A DNA stretch of 62,755 nucleotides, the filler included. It is 8 parts of 8 records of this genome, joined end to end, with 100 filler letters (N's around TTAATTAATTAA, not from the genome) between each part and the next. Parts side by side here need not be neighbours in the genome. Positions count along the whole stretch, not along the records: positions 17,460 to 23,213 come from SRR20825006_1795; positions 23,314 to 29,480 come from SRR20825006_1801; 6 more parts are not named here. The stretch is one strand, 5' to 3'. Shown one piece after another: positions 19,461 to 29,451 of the stretch (its first letter is position 1; every line of letters begins with the position of its first letter). Under the pieces are notes generated by a model, which did not search any database, had not been told where the DNA came from, and was given only the letters and a program-made list of their open reading frames with translations. The position numbers were made by a program, and so were the translations under genes.

Positions 19461-21965
19461 TTATATTCTAAAATCTGCATTGCGCAACGTGTCAGATTTA
19501 TACATTTTTCCATTCCTAGAAGTATAACCTACTTTAGTAATATTTTTTGGGCCAAACCAAGATTTCATTCTGTTATAGTCTAAATAATAACTAACGCGCA
19601 GAGAAATACTATTAAGCTGCGGCTCATCAAATAAGTTATTAAAGTTGTTTGAAAAATTAACGCGTGAATGCGTCACATAATTCTCCATCGCGTTTCTATA
19701 AAGCAATGTTAACTGACTTCCAGGCGCAAACCACCATGAAAAACGAAGGTCTATGTTCCAGTTATTATAAGTAGCATCTTGATTTTCGTTAAAAATTGAA
19801 TTTTCTAACAAGCTGCCATCGTTTTGCAAATTGTAAAATTGACTGTATTCTACTTCAGAATAGTAATGACGAAAAGCCAAGTTTAACGCCATTTTATTGT
19901 TAAAAATATATTGCGACTCCAGGGAGTTAATCATGGTGTTTCTGTCACGCTTTCCGAAAATAATAGCTTCATCAACCTTGTCTACATAACCTTCTTCTTT
20001 ATCTGAAAGAATAGCTCTTGAGCTTAAAAAAAGCTTCCATTTATCTGAAAAACGGTATTGGGGTTTTAATTCTAAAATTAATTCACCACGCCCTGCTTCG
20101 TTGTATTTATACCAGTCTATTGTTAAATCTGTCGCTAATTTTTTTCTATAATCTGTAGAAATCCATCCCCAAACATCGTAATAATCGGGCACTTTTACAT
20201 ATCTGTTTTCTGCACGAGGTTCATAAATATCATTTTTTCCGAAGGGAGTCATTTCAAATCCACCCCCAAAACCTAAAAACTTCTTGGTTGTAAAATTTGA
20301 ATTAAAATTGAAAAGAAAATTACTGTAAAGATCCGTTTCTAATCTTCGAGTATAATTCAAATTAAAATTTAGATACATATTATTCAAAAATCCTTTCGGC
20401 TGAAGGTATCGGTATCCGTAATAGCCAGAATAATTTATATAATTTGTCTCACTGGAATATCCCATATCGTTAATATCATAGTCTTTTGTCCTAAAATTTA
20501 TTTGACCAGAAACACGGTGTTTTCCACTAATTTTCCCCATTCCAGCACTCGCTTCCATTCCAAATTTAATGTCTTCTTCGTTCACCCAACTACCTTCCAG
20601 ATTTGCGAAATAGTTAAGTGTATTCTTTTTATTAGTAACATCAAGATACAAACCCGTGGCATTGGCATTACGAAAATCGCCTTCACGAGTAACGTTTGTA
20701 TTCACAAAAGATACTGATGAATTATCGCCAAAACGCTGGTCTAATACCAAAATATTGTAGTTTGACAATGGTTCTACCAAACTTTTTCGGGTTTCATTGG
20801 TTAAAGTATCTTTTATGCTAGCGTAGGTTTTTTCTGTTATGGCGTTAAAAACACCAATTCCTAGATTTCCATCGGTTCTTCCAGAAATTTTAAATGCATT
20901 TATTAAATCTACCGAACTAGGAAAAATTTCTGTTTCTTCGTTTTCGGAAAGCGTAACATCTCCTGAAGGATATCCTCCTACTCTGCGTGAATAAAAAAGC
21001 CCTCCTTTGGTGAAAAGCTCTGTTCCTTCAGTAAAAAATGGACGATTTTCTTCATATTGTACTTCAAAAGCAGAGAGGTTTAAAACTTCAGCATCAAATT
21101 TTGATTGTCCAAAGTCTGGAATAAGAACCATATCTAACGTAAAAGCATCGTTGATGCCATATTTTAAATCCATTCCTCCGTTAAAAATTGTTTTGGTATT
21201 GCCGTCAAAATCGTTCACATAGGTAGAAACATAAGGTTGAAAAGAAAGTCTGGTAGGCGATTGTATGTTTTCAATTCCATAAATTTCGCCATCATAAATT
21301 GAAAAAGCACCTTTTGTATTGTCTATGTGGCTCCAACTATATCTTGTTCTAGTTCGTCGCATTTCGCGTTCCATATTTAAGCCCCACAATTGTACATTTT
21401 TGTGTGGAAAACGCACTTCTGAATAGGGAATAAATATTTCTGCTACCCAGCTATCATCATTTATTTGAACCGCGCTATACCAGATTCCGTTCCAAGAAGA
21501 ATCTTCGTTTTCATTGGTCATTTTAGCATCATACTGAACGCCTGCAGCTGTAACAATAAACTGCAAGCTTTGTTGCCTGTCGTTATAGCCATTCAGAAGC
21601 ACAAAGAAAAAATCATCATTGCCAATTCCGTCTCTTTCGGTAAGTTCTTTTAAAATTTTATCGGGTTCGGGATCTTTCATTGTTGCCCCAAAATAAATTC
21701 CTAGGTCGTCATAAACTATTTTGACATCGGTTTTTAAACTATCTGGAATTGGTTTTCCGTTGTTGGGAAGCCTTTCAACAAAACCTGTAGCGATGGGTGC
21801 ATTTTGCCATGCAACATCGTTTAAAATACCATCAATTTTTGGCGCAACAGTGATTCTTGGGATGGATATCTTTTTTCTAGGAATGCTGTCTAATGTTTGC
21901 GCATTCATAGAAAACCCAAAGCTTAAAATTGAAATAAAAAATAACTTTTTTAGCGAAATATTCAT
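19461..21965 (-). CDS. CBM9-like plus DUF5916 outer-membrane protein
   Basis: PKIDGIL.D..W, WVAEIFIPYS, PDFGQ, EENRPFFTEG, FYSRRVG. Confidence 0.8.
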   Translation of the reverse strand: MNISLKKLFFISILSFGFSMNAQTLDSIPRKKISIPRITVAPKIDGILNDVAWQNAPIATGFVERLPNNGKPIPDSLKTDVKIVYDDLGIYFGATMKDPEPDKILKELTERDGIGNDDFFFVLLNGYNDRQQSLQFIVTAAGVQYDAKMTNENEDSSWNGIWYSAVQINDDSWVAEIFIPYSEVRFPHKNVQLWGLNMEREMRRTRTRYSWSHIDNTKGAFSIYDGEIYGIENIQSPTRLSFQPYVSTYVNDFDGNTKTIFNGGMDLKYGINDAFTLDMVLIPDFGQSKFDAEVLNLSAFEVQYEENRPFFTEGTELFTKGGLFYSRRVGGYPSGDVTLSENEETEIFPSSVDLINAFKISGRTDGNLGIGVFNAITEKTYASIKDTLTNETRKSLVEPLSNYNILVLDQRFGDNSSVSFVNTNVTREGDFRNANATGLYLDVTNKKNTLNYFANLEGSWVNEEDIKFGMEASAGMGKISGKHRVSGQINFRTKDYDINDMGYSSETNYINYSGYYGYRYLQPKGFLNNMYLNFNLNYTRRLETDLYSNFLFNFNSNFTTKKFLGFGGGFEMTPFGKNDIYEPRAENRYVKVPDYYDVWGWISTDYRKKLATDLTIDWYKYNEAGRGELILELKPQYRFSDKWKLFLSSRAILSDKEEGYVDKVDEAIIFGKRDRNTMINSLESQYIFNNKMALNLAFRHYYSEVEYSQFYNLQNDGSLLENSIFNENQDATYNNWNIDLRFSWWFAPGSQLTLLYRNAMENYVTHSRVNFSNNFNNLFDEPQLNSISLRVSYYLDYNRMKSWFGPKNITKVGYTSRNGKMYKSDTLRNADFRI

Positions 21966-22040
21966 TTGGAAAGTTTCTTAATAGACACTTAAAATTTCTT
22001 GATGTTACACAATTTAGAAAGTTAAAGCGCTGAAAAAATA

Positions 22041-22077
22041 AAAAAACGGCCTGAAAACTAGATTTTCAAGCCGTTTT
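22041..22077 (-). terminator. Intrinsic terminator after infB
   Basis: AAAACGGC-TTGAAAA...TTTTCAG-GCCGTTTTTT hairpin with U-tract on minus strand. Confidence 0.75.
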
Positions 22078-22099
22078 AAATATTTAATTCTTAGTTGAA

Positions 22100-23213
22100 T
22101 TATTTCAACTTTTTCTTAATTTCTACTTCTTGGAACGCTTCAATGATGTCGTTCTCGTAGATATCGTTGTAATTTTTAACTTGAATACCACAATCGTATC
22201 CTTTTGCTACTTCCTTCACATCGTCTTTGAAACGTTTTAATGAAGCAAGCTCTCCAGTGTAAACTACTACACCTTCGCGGATAAGACGAATACCTGAGTT
22301 TCTAAATATTTTACCAGTTAATACCATACAACCTGCAATAGTACCAACTTTCGAAATTTTGAATGTTTCACGTATTTCTGCAGTTCCAGTAATTTCTTCT
22401 TTCATTTCTGGAGAAAGCATTCCTTCCATTGCGTCTTTCACATCATTTATTGCGTCATAAATGATAGAATAGGTACGGATGTCAATTTCTTCCTTATCTG
22501 CAATCTGGCGCGCATTACCCATTGGGCGAACGTTGAAACCAATAATAATTGCATCTGAAGCAGAAGCTAACAATACATCACTTTCAGTAATTGGACCAAC
22601 TGCTTTGTGGATTATATTAACCTGAATTTCTTCAGTTGAAAGTTTTAATAATGAGTCTGTTAAGGCTTCTACAGAACCATCCACATCTCCTTTTAGGATT
22701 ATGTTTAATTCTTTGAAATCACCTAGTGCAATACGTCTACCAATTTCATCAAGTGTAATGTGGCGTTGTGTTCTAACAGACTGCTCACGCTGAAGTTGCG
22801 TACGTTTTGTAGCAATTGCTTTTGCTTCACGTTCGTCTTCAAATACGTTGAATTTATCACCCGCTTGTGGCGCGCCGTCTAATCCAAGAACAGATACTGG
22901 CGTTGATGGGCCAGCTTCTTTAATACTGTTACCACGTTCATCTTGCATTGCCTTCACTTTTCCGCTATGTTGACCAGCAAGAACGTAATCTCCAACTTTA
23001 AGTGTTCCACCTTGAACCAATACTGTTGAAACATATCCACGACCTTTATCTAGGAATGCTTCTACAACAGTTCCATTTGCTTGACGGTTTGGATTTGCTG
23101 TTAATTCTAGTAATTCAGCTTCAAGCAATACTTTTTCAAGTAATTCTTTTACGCCATCTCCAGTTTTTGCTGAAATATCGTGTGATTGTATTTTTCCACC
23201 CCAATCTTCAACT
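22100..23213 (-). CDS. infB: Translation initiation factor IF-2, C-terminal part
   Basis: [38 protein letters not shown]. Confidence 0.97.
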
Positions 23214-23314
23214 NNNNNNNNNNNNNNNNNNNNNNNNNNNNNNNNNNNNNNNNNNNNTTAATTAATTAANNNNNNNNNNNNNNNNNNNNNNNNNNNNNNN
23301 NNNNNNNNNNNNNA

Positions 23315-23343
23315 ATCTGTCTCAAAGGCGTTGAGACGGAACA
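23315..23343 (-). mobile_element. Terminal inverted repeat of an IS/transposon (TGT...ACA type), left contig end
   Basis: ATCTGTCTCAAAGGCGTTGAGACGGAACA is the exact reverse complement of 29452-29480. Confidence 0.8.
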
Positions 23344-24635
23344 ATTTCGGTCATCTGCAGTTCATCCTGCAAAGCCTGAATAAGCTTTTCGACGGCCTCA
23401 CGTTCGCGGTCAATTGATCTGGATGCACCTCCGCCTCCGCCGCTTCGGCTCACCTTCCGCGCTTCCCTTCGTCTGTTTCGCGCATCGATCGTTTCCTGCG
23501 CCTTCTGTTCGAGTAGCCTCTCCGTGTAATAGGCACCACTGTCCTCATACTCTTTGCGAAGCTTCGTCACTTCGCGCTCCAGCGTCACCTGCTCGGCAGT
23601 CAGTGCGTTCTGCCGGTCAAGTTCCTGTGTCACCTCACGGGCGGCATCAAGCTGGTCACGAAGCGCATCGTATGTGTCCTGTTTCTCTTTTTCAGTCGCG
23701 CCCGGGACAACGCGCCCGCCTTTTGACACCCCGAGATCATCGCTTCCCGGCTCCATACCGGCCAGCGCACCCATTTCAGCACCTGCATCGCGGATGTTTT
23801 CCATCTGCCTGGGAACCTGGTTCATATAATCGACGAAATCGCCCATATTCGTAATGAGATCGCCGACAAGGCTTGCGATTTCGACCAACGCACCTTTGAC
23901 ATTGGTGCCAATGATCAAAGCCATGGTTTCCCATTCAGCGTTGACATCCTCGGCCTTGCGCAAAAGCTCTTCGCTCATAACCGCGCCCAGGTCGCGGGCC
24001 TCACGGCGGGCATCGGATATGCTCTGGCCTGCATCATCCATCAGCGAAGTAAACTGCTCAGCGGCTGTCCCGCCGAAGATTTCATCCAGAACGCGGATCT
24101 GTGCTGCACGATCCAGCTCACGAACCTTCCCGATAAGAACCTCGAACATGGCAGCCGGATCCTGCAACATGCGTTTTAGCTGTCGTGCTGAAAGACCAAG
24201 ACGCTGGAAAGATTCAGCCGCAGAACCACCGCCGGTTTTGACAAATTCGTCAGCCCTGAGCTGCATTTCTTTAATACCATCGGTCAAGGCGTTCACCTCA
24301 ACCTTGCTCTTGACCGCGGCATATCGCAGTTCCTGAAACACCTCGAATTCCAGACCAGCCGTTTTGGCTGCCCGCCCGAGATTCGTGACTGAATCAACGG
24401 CCTGTTGTGTTTCGGCTACAAAAACACCAAGCCCGAGAGAAGCCGCCAGCCCGGCAGGCCCGCCACGAAGCATCCCGAACAGGCCGTCGACACCGCCGAC
24501 TTTTCGTTTAATCGACATGAAAGAATGGGCCGTATCATTCGCTGCCGTTCGCGCCTGCATGCGGATGCGGGTCATGGCGCTGTGAAACTGTCGATCGTCT
24601 GCGCCAATTCTGACAGGAATATCCGGCCTGCTCAT
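23322..24635 (-). pseudogene. Phage tail tape-measure protein, C-terminally truncated by IS end
   Basis: Helical TMP-like sequence (LGRAAKTAGL..E.FQEL.YAA, GGGSAAESFQRLG). The last residues VPSQRL and the stop are read from the 29-bp repeat. Confidence 0.8.
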
Positions 24636-24877
24636 GGGTGTTTTGCCTTTTTACGAATAGATTTCTGCGGGCCGTGTTCAGCCACGATCATTTTGATCCG
24701 GTTACGGCTGACCGGCGAAACCGTCTTTGACTGACCGGATATGGCGTCAATCGCCATGGAAAGTTCTGAAGCTGTTGCAGTCCAGAAGTTCGATGGCGAC
24801 CACTGAAGCCGTTCTGCTGTCACCGCGATCTGGAACAGCGTCCTGACGTGTTCTGCAATCAGGACGCTGTCTGTTGC
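24632..24877 (-). CDS. Tail assembly chaperone gpT-like segment, reached by -1 frameshift from the upstream gene
   Basis: Open -1 frame from the slippery site: ATDSVLIAEHVRTLFQIAVTAERLQWSPSNFWTATASEL... (W.P..FW motif). Confidence 0.78.
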   Translation of the reverse strand, partial: ATDSVLIAEHVRTLFQIAVTAERLQWSPSNFWTATASELSMAIDAISGQSKTVSPVSRNRIKMIVAEHGPQKSIRKKAKHP

Positions 24878-24883
24878 TTTTTT
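24835..24883 (-). promoter_or_regulatory. -1 programmed ribosomal frameshift signal
   Basis: In-frame A_AAA_AAG (24883-24877), 6-nt spacer, perfect 12-bp stem ACAGCGTCCTGA/TCAGGACGCTGT. Confidence 0.85.
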
Positions 24884-25266
24884 CCGGTGACGGCTGCCTC
24901 CACCTCTTCCGAAACAGGGACGGTTTCGCGAACCGCCTGCCCCTTTTCGATATGGGCGGTCAGCGCCTGCTCGATACCATCCCGCCAGTTTGCCTGATCG
25001 GCCGCCGAAATATTCTTCGGCGACAGGACACGGGCAGCAAGCTCCGAACGCTGTTCCTCATCGTCAGCCAGAGCAAGGCAGCGAATGGCACATGAAACCG
25101 CGAAAGGCTCAAAGCCTAAAAGCCGCTGATAAATCTCATCCATCGTTTTCGCACCAATGGCCTGAGACAACCGCATCAGGCCACCAAATGTGACCGCCAC
25201 GGTGAATGACTGAGCACCGAGCGTAATCTCGGCCTCACCACGCAGAGGGTTTGCAAGTCCGGACAT
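24859..25266 (-). CDS. Tail assembly chaperone gpG-like (GTA-gp10-like)
   Basis: ANPLRGEAEITLG N-terminus; lies between tail tube and TMP. Confidence 0.8.
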   Translation of the reverse strand: MSGLANPLRGEAEITLGAQSFTVAVTFGGLMRLSQAIGAKTMDEIYQRLLGFEPFAVSCAIRCLALADDEEQRSELAARVLSPKNISAADQANWRDGIEQALTAHIEKGQAVRETVPVSEEVEAAVTGKKQQTAS

Positions 25267-25682
25267 CAGACGGCTGCCTCAAAGACAACATCACCATTGA
25301 AAACCCCAGCCAGATCACAGGTCAACTCGCCGGATTTATCACCCTGGAAATTCGCCGAAAGCATGGTCATAGAACCTTCAAACGTCCCCACAGAAGGAAT
25401 CGTGACCTGATAGTCATTCTGTACCTGATCAAGAATATCCTGAAGCACCAGTGCCTGCGTTGCGCTGGATACATAGGCGCCCGATCCGGACCAGCGCACC
25501 GACTGGACACCACTGATGGATGAATATTTCAGTGGGCCGCCAGGATCATCACAATCAGGCTTGGTGGTATCCACTTCTTCATTATTGATGTTGAGTGAGC
25601 GCTGCTCGACAACACAGACGATATCGAACTCTTCCGTCGCGTCATTCTTACGTTTAATGATCAGTTCGCGGCCAAGTGCCAT
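25266..25682 (-). CDS. Phage major tail tube protein
   Basis: MALGRELIIK..., INNEEVDTT, WSGSG, GTFEG; AGGA RBS before ATG 25682. Confidence 0.85.
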   Translation of the reverse strand: MALGRELIIKRKNDATEEFDIVCVVEQRSLNINNEEVDTTKPDCDDPGGPLKYSSISGVQSVRWSGSGAYVSSATQALVLQDILDQVQNDYQVTIPSVGTFEGSMTMLSANFQGDKSGELTCDLAGVFNGDVVFEAAV

Positions 25683-26023
25683 GATCTCTTGTCCTTTTGG
25701 TTGTAGTGAAACAAAAGCGCTTGCCAGAGCGCAATAATGTCTTCCGCCATCGTGTTGGTGGCTTTGACACGGCAGCAGATGCCCAGCACATAACCGACAT
25801 TGTGATTTTTGAACGTCGCTTCCGTGTCGCCCAGCATGATACCCCGACTTTAGCTTGAACAACTTTCTCGCGAAATGATAGCGACGGAAGAGAAACATAC
25901 CGTTGCCACTACCATCGCCGATGGCGGAGGCAATGAATGGCCAGCAACATACCAATACCGCCGACCGTTTCGGAGTATGGTGGTGCTAGTCACAACAGTG
26001 TTAGTAGATGTCAGGAGGACGGG

Positions 26024-27019
26024 ATGATTGCCAAGATTAGGCCTGCGTTGCTCAAAGACCTGCCGATAATTGTAGAGCTCTTGCTTCAGGATTCACAGAG
26101 GAGACAGGCAATCAATCCCACGCTCTGGGCTGTTGTCGAAAATGCTCACGAGAAGGTCGAGGAATCTGTCAAACTTGCCCTGACTGAAGATAAGCAACCA
26201 TTCCGGCAGAAATGGCTCGTTGCGGAGGCCGATGGGGAACTTGTTGGCATCACTCACTCCGCTCTTCTACCCGTCCCGCCCATTTACGCGGGCGAGTGGG
26301 GAGATCCAGGATTGATCATGCCGGAGTGTTTTGTCACAGCAGACGCTCCACACGGAACATTGGCCGCACTAATCGAGGCCGCCGAAGCAGACCTTCGTGA
26401 AGCGGGAGCGGAGTTACTTATAGCTTCATTCATTTCAGGAGACGAGATTCTCTCCCATTTTGAAGGTCGGGGCTACAGGCCGCTAACACTCTATCTTGCG
26501 AAGGGCGGACTCGGCGCCACCGCACCATCCGGCGACGTTCGTTCTGCGTCCGAAAACGACATAGAGGGCATCGTCCGACGAAGCGCCGAAAATCGACGCG
26601 TGCTCTTGGCGCTTGACCCATTTTGGAAACCCCATCAGGAAGCCGACGCTCGCTTCGGCAACTGGATGAGAAAAAGCCTGACACTGCCGAACCGGGACAT
26701 ACTTGTGACAGGCGGTCCCGATGTTCTCGACGGCTATGTCATTGCACAACCGGCATCACGATTGCATTTTCCACCGGCGCACGACATCTCCAGCACTGGC
26801 GTAATTGATGACTATTTTCATCGTGATTACTCGAATCCTTACAAGGTGCAGAATGGTGGCAATGGTGCAATGTCCTTGCTTGAGGCGGCAGAGGCTGCAT
26901 TCGCAACCCGCAACGGAAAGGTCGCTATGATCGTATGTCCCGCTAACTGGACTTCGAAATTGTCGATCATTGAGAGCGCGGGATACATGCCTGCCATCAC
27001 CTGGATGGTGAGGAGATAG
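26024..27019 (+). CDS. Tandem GNAT-fold protein (moron)
   Basis: AGGAGG RBS; IRPALLKDL...WLVAEADGELVG and a second GNAT-like half VRSASENDIEGI...GVIDD. Confidence 0.7.
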   Translation: MIAKIRPALLKDLPIIVELLLQDSQRRQAINPTLWAVVENAHEKVEESVKLALTEDKQPFRQKWLVAEADGELVGITHSALLPVPPIYAGEWGDPGLIMPECFVTADAPHGTLAALIEAAEADLREAGAELLIASFISGDEILSHFEGRGYRPLTLYLAKGGLGATAPSGDVRSASENDIEGIVRRSAENRRVLLALDPFWKPHQEADARFGNWMRKSLTLPNRDILVTGGPDVLDGYVIAQPASRLHFPPAHDISSTGVIDDYFHRDYSNPYKVQNGGNGAMSLLEAAEAAFATRNGKVAMIVCPANWTSKLSIIESAGYMPAITWMVRR

Positions 27020-27054
27020 GACACTTCGACACACTAACTCGTAACCGAGTCAGC

Positions 27055-27083
27055 TTGACTTTGGTCTGGTTCAGGCACACAAC
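27055..27083 (+). promoter_or_regulatory. Putative sigma70 promoter
   Basis: TTGACT-N17-CACAAC; predicted +1 falls at about the ATG at 27090. Confidence 0.45.
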
Positions 27084-27089
27084 TTGCTC

Positions 27090-27149
27090 ATGAACAACAC
27101 GCGTCACCATCTCCGCTCTCAAAGGGTTCGCCTTATCCTAGGCAAATAG
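27090..27149 (+). CDS. Putative leader peptide MNNTRHHLRSQRVRLILGK
   Basis: 19-codon ORF with no SD, followed immediately by GC-rich hairpins and rnk. Confidence 0.45.
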   Translation: MNNTRHHLRSQRVRLILGK

Positions 27150-27311
27150 CCCCCGACTTGGTCGCGTCGCGCCCCGGTCGTGGGGCATAGGCAGTTTGCC
27201 ATCAGGTGTTGGAAACGACGCCTGTCAAGCGACATACAATCCCAAACAACAGAGACTACGACCGCTCTCGCGGCGTTCATTTTGCTGAAGACCTCAGCGA
27301 GGAGATGGACT

Positions 27312-27731
27312 GTGACTTCCAAAAAAAAGAAATTGGGCAAGCCTGCAATTGTTCTTGCGAAAACCGATCACAAGCGGCTGTCCCTTCTTGCAGAACGATT
27401 TACCGAACAGAATGCCGACCTCGCCGATTTCCTTATCTCCGAGCTCGAACGCGCCCGCATCGTTGATGATAAGCGCATAGCCAGTGATGTCGTGCGGATG
27501 GGATCGTCCATTCATTTTACGACAGACATTGGGGACGATCGACAGGTGACGCTGGTTTACCCTGGAAATGCTGACATAGCAGAAGCCAGAATTTCTGTTC
27601 TCACACCCATTGGCGCCGCACTGATTGGACTGAAAGCCGGGCACTCCATCGACTGGTATACACGTGATGGACGGTTGTGCCGTTTGAAAGTCGAAGCTGT
27701 CAGTCAGCCGCCAAGCCTGGAAGACGAATAG
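27312..27731 (+). CDS. rnk: Regulator of nucleoside diphosphate kinase Rnk (GreA/GreB C-terminal family)
   Basis: GAGGAG RBS then GTG 27312; ELERA, DVVRMGS, VTLVYP, ISVLTPIGAALIGL. Confidence 0.88.
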   Translation: MTSKKKKLGKPAIVLAKTDHKRLSLLAERFTEQNADLADFLISELERARIVDDKRIASDVVRMGSSIHFTTDIGDDRQVTLVYPGNADIAEARISVLTPIGAALIGLKAGHSIDWYTRDGRLCRLKVEAVSQPPSLEDE

Positions 27732-27896
27732 GGCGAACTTCCAGGTTCAGGCAAATCGCTACCAAAAAACCTTCTCGGCTCATTCAATTCTAAAATCGTG
27801 CGAATGGCGGGCAAACAGCGCCTTTCCTTCGCAGCAAGGTGTGAGCACAACAACTAGCCTCGATTGACGCTCTTCCAAGCGAGAACAGAAAACATC

Positions 27897-28793
27897 ATGT
27901 CAGCCAACATTTCACCTGATCAGTCCACCAGCAGAGTGGAATTTACACACGGTCTCATATGGGTCGTCCTTAGCATGGTTGCTTTCATTGGGATGTCCGT
28001 TGGGTCGCGTGAACTCGCGGTGTCGCTGTCGATCAGACAAGTTTTGTTTTTTCGGGCGCTGGTTGGACTGGGTATCATTGTAGTTCTGGCGCGAAAATTC
28101 CTGCCCGAGCTAAAGCAGGCAAAGATGATCCGCCTCCATATCGTCCGGAATGTCGTTCACTTCACAGGTCAGTATTTCTGGACGATCGGCGTCGTCCTTC
28201 TGCCTCTGGCATCGGTCTTCGCGCTCGAGTTCACAATGCCAATCTGGGTTGCTTTCTTTGCATGGTTGTTTCTCAAAGAGAAGCTGACCCGACCACGCAT
28301 TCTGGCTACTCTTGGCGGTTTCGTCGGTGTATTGGTTATTGCACGCCCCGGTGTCGGAATGATCGATCCCTCGGCAGGCCTCGTCCTGCTGGCCGCAGCA
28401 TTTTATGCTTTGGCTCTGATTTGCGTGAAAGAGTTGACGCGCGAATGCTCTCCCGGCGTGATCGTCGTCTGGATGATCCTGATCCAACTGCCGCTAGGAT
28501 TTATCGTCGCCCTCACAGACTGGCATCCGGTTCATTTGACCGACGTGCCATGGATGTTGCTCGCTGGCATTGGGGCGCTCAGTGCTCACTTCTGTCAGGC
28601 TCAGGCACTAAAAAGGCTCGATGCATCTGTTGTTATACCCATTGATTTCCTTCGGGTACCGTTGGCCGCAATTGTTGGTTTCTACGCCTATGGCGAGGCC
28701 ATTGACCTTTGGGTTTTCCTCGGCGGAGCAATAATACTCCTCTCGAACTATCAAGCGGTTCTAAAAGAACGCCGGAGATACAGCCTGCGGTAG
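27897..28793 (+). CDS. DMT/EamA family transporter (moron)
   Basis: About 10 hydrophobic helices; FFRALVG, LKEKL, LDASVVIPIDFLR. Confidence 0.88.
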   Translation: MSANISPDQSTSRVEFTHGLIWVVLSMVAFIGMSVGSRELAVSLSIRQVLFFRALVGLGIIVVLARKFLPELKQAKMIRLHIVRNVVHFTGQYFWTIGVVLLPLASVFALEFTMPIWVAFFAWLFLKEKLTRPRILATLGGFVGVLVIARPGVGMIDPSAGLVLLAAAFYALALICVKELTRECSPGVIVVWMILIQLPLGFIVALTDWHPVHLTDVPWMLLAGIGALSAHFCQAQALKRLDASVVIPIDFLRVPLAAIVGFYAYGEAIDLWVFLGGAIILLSNYQAVLKERRRYSLR

Positions 28794-28810
28794 GCTGACA
28801 TTGACCTTTG

Positions 28811-29275
28811 TCACAAGGCAATGCCACGCGAATCCGCTGCCACGGTCGTGTAATCAGCCACGAAGGTGAGTGCGCCAACGCCAAGCGCCATGCCGGTGGA
28901 GCGATCGATAAAGCTTCGGCTTTCTGAAAGTGTGAGCTCAATCACCAGGCCGTCAAGCCTGATGGCCTGACCGAGCGCGGCCTCGACCAGAACCGCAATG
29001 CGGTCAAATTCGATATCCGGCTCTTCGGTCTGGAAATGAGCGATGACATCGATCGGCAGACGCCGGTCGTAACCATCCTCGCCATTCGGCCCCGAACACG
29101 GGCGGATATCTGCCGTTTCCTGATGTTCCGCCCATGTTACGGTCAATGCTGGCAGCTGACTTTCACGAATGGCACTGGTTCGGGCGCGTTTGACCTTGCC
29201 ATCACCGGCAAACTCGGGAATGGCCGCAAGACGGGCGATGATCGCATCAAAGATCTGTGTGCGCATATGAGCCAT
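28811..29275 (-). CDS. Phage tail terminator-like protein
   Basis: MAHMRTQIFDAIIARL...ESQLPALTV; lies between head-tail joining and tail tube genes. Confidence 0.65.
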   Translation of the reverse strand: MAHMRTQIFDAIIARLAAIPEFAGDGKVKRARTSAIRESQLPALTVTWAEHQETADIRPCSGPNGEDGYDRRLPIDVIAHFQTEEPDIEFDRIAVLVEAALGQAIRLDGLVIELTLSESRSFIDRSTGMALGVGALTFVADYTTVAADSRGIAL

Positions 29276-29451
29276 CAGATATCCCCGCGAAGCCAGATTT
29301 TCAGCATGGTCCGACCATCATCAGAGACGTTGCGGATCCCATAGATTGTACCTTCGATCTCGACCTGATCGCGCTCACTTTCGAGCGCTTCAAGGCCCGT
29401 CGCCGGGACTGACAGAACATGCGTGACCGCTTCAACGTCCTGTCGCCCATA
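29275..29451 (-). pseudogene. 3' half of head-tail joining protein (gpFII-like), interrupted by IS end
   Basis: YGRQDVEAVTHVLSVPATG...RDQVEIEGTIYGIRNVSDDGRTMLKIWLRGDI*; TGATG coupling to the next gene. Confidence 0.65.

Noticed and set aside
23315-23343. CTGTCTC-containing contig ends as Nextera/Tn5 adapter
   Set aside because: The match to CTGTCTCTTATACACATCT stops after 7 nt, and the TGT/ACA boundary fits an IS end better.
25683-25955. N-terminal extensions given by the ORF track (tail tube; likewise rluA, rplQ, GST, rnk, DUF2336, 5'-nucleotidase, GT2)
   Set aside because: Downstream starts have RBSs or match family N-termini, and several extensions overlap neighbouring genes.
23322-29451. 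Gene transfer agent cluster
   Set aside because: The chaperone is GTA-gp10-like, but a long TMP, lambda-like head-tail genes, morons and IS damage fit a decaying prophage better.
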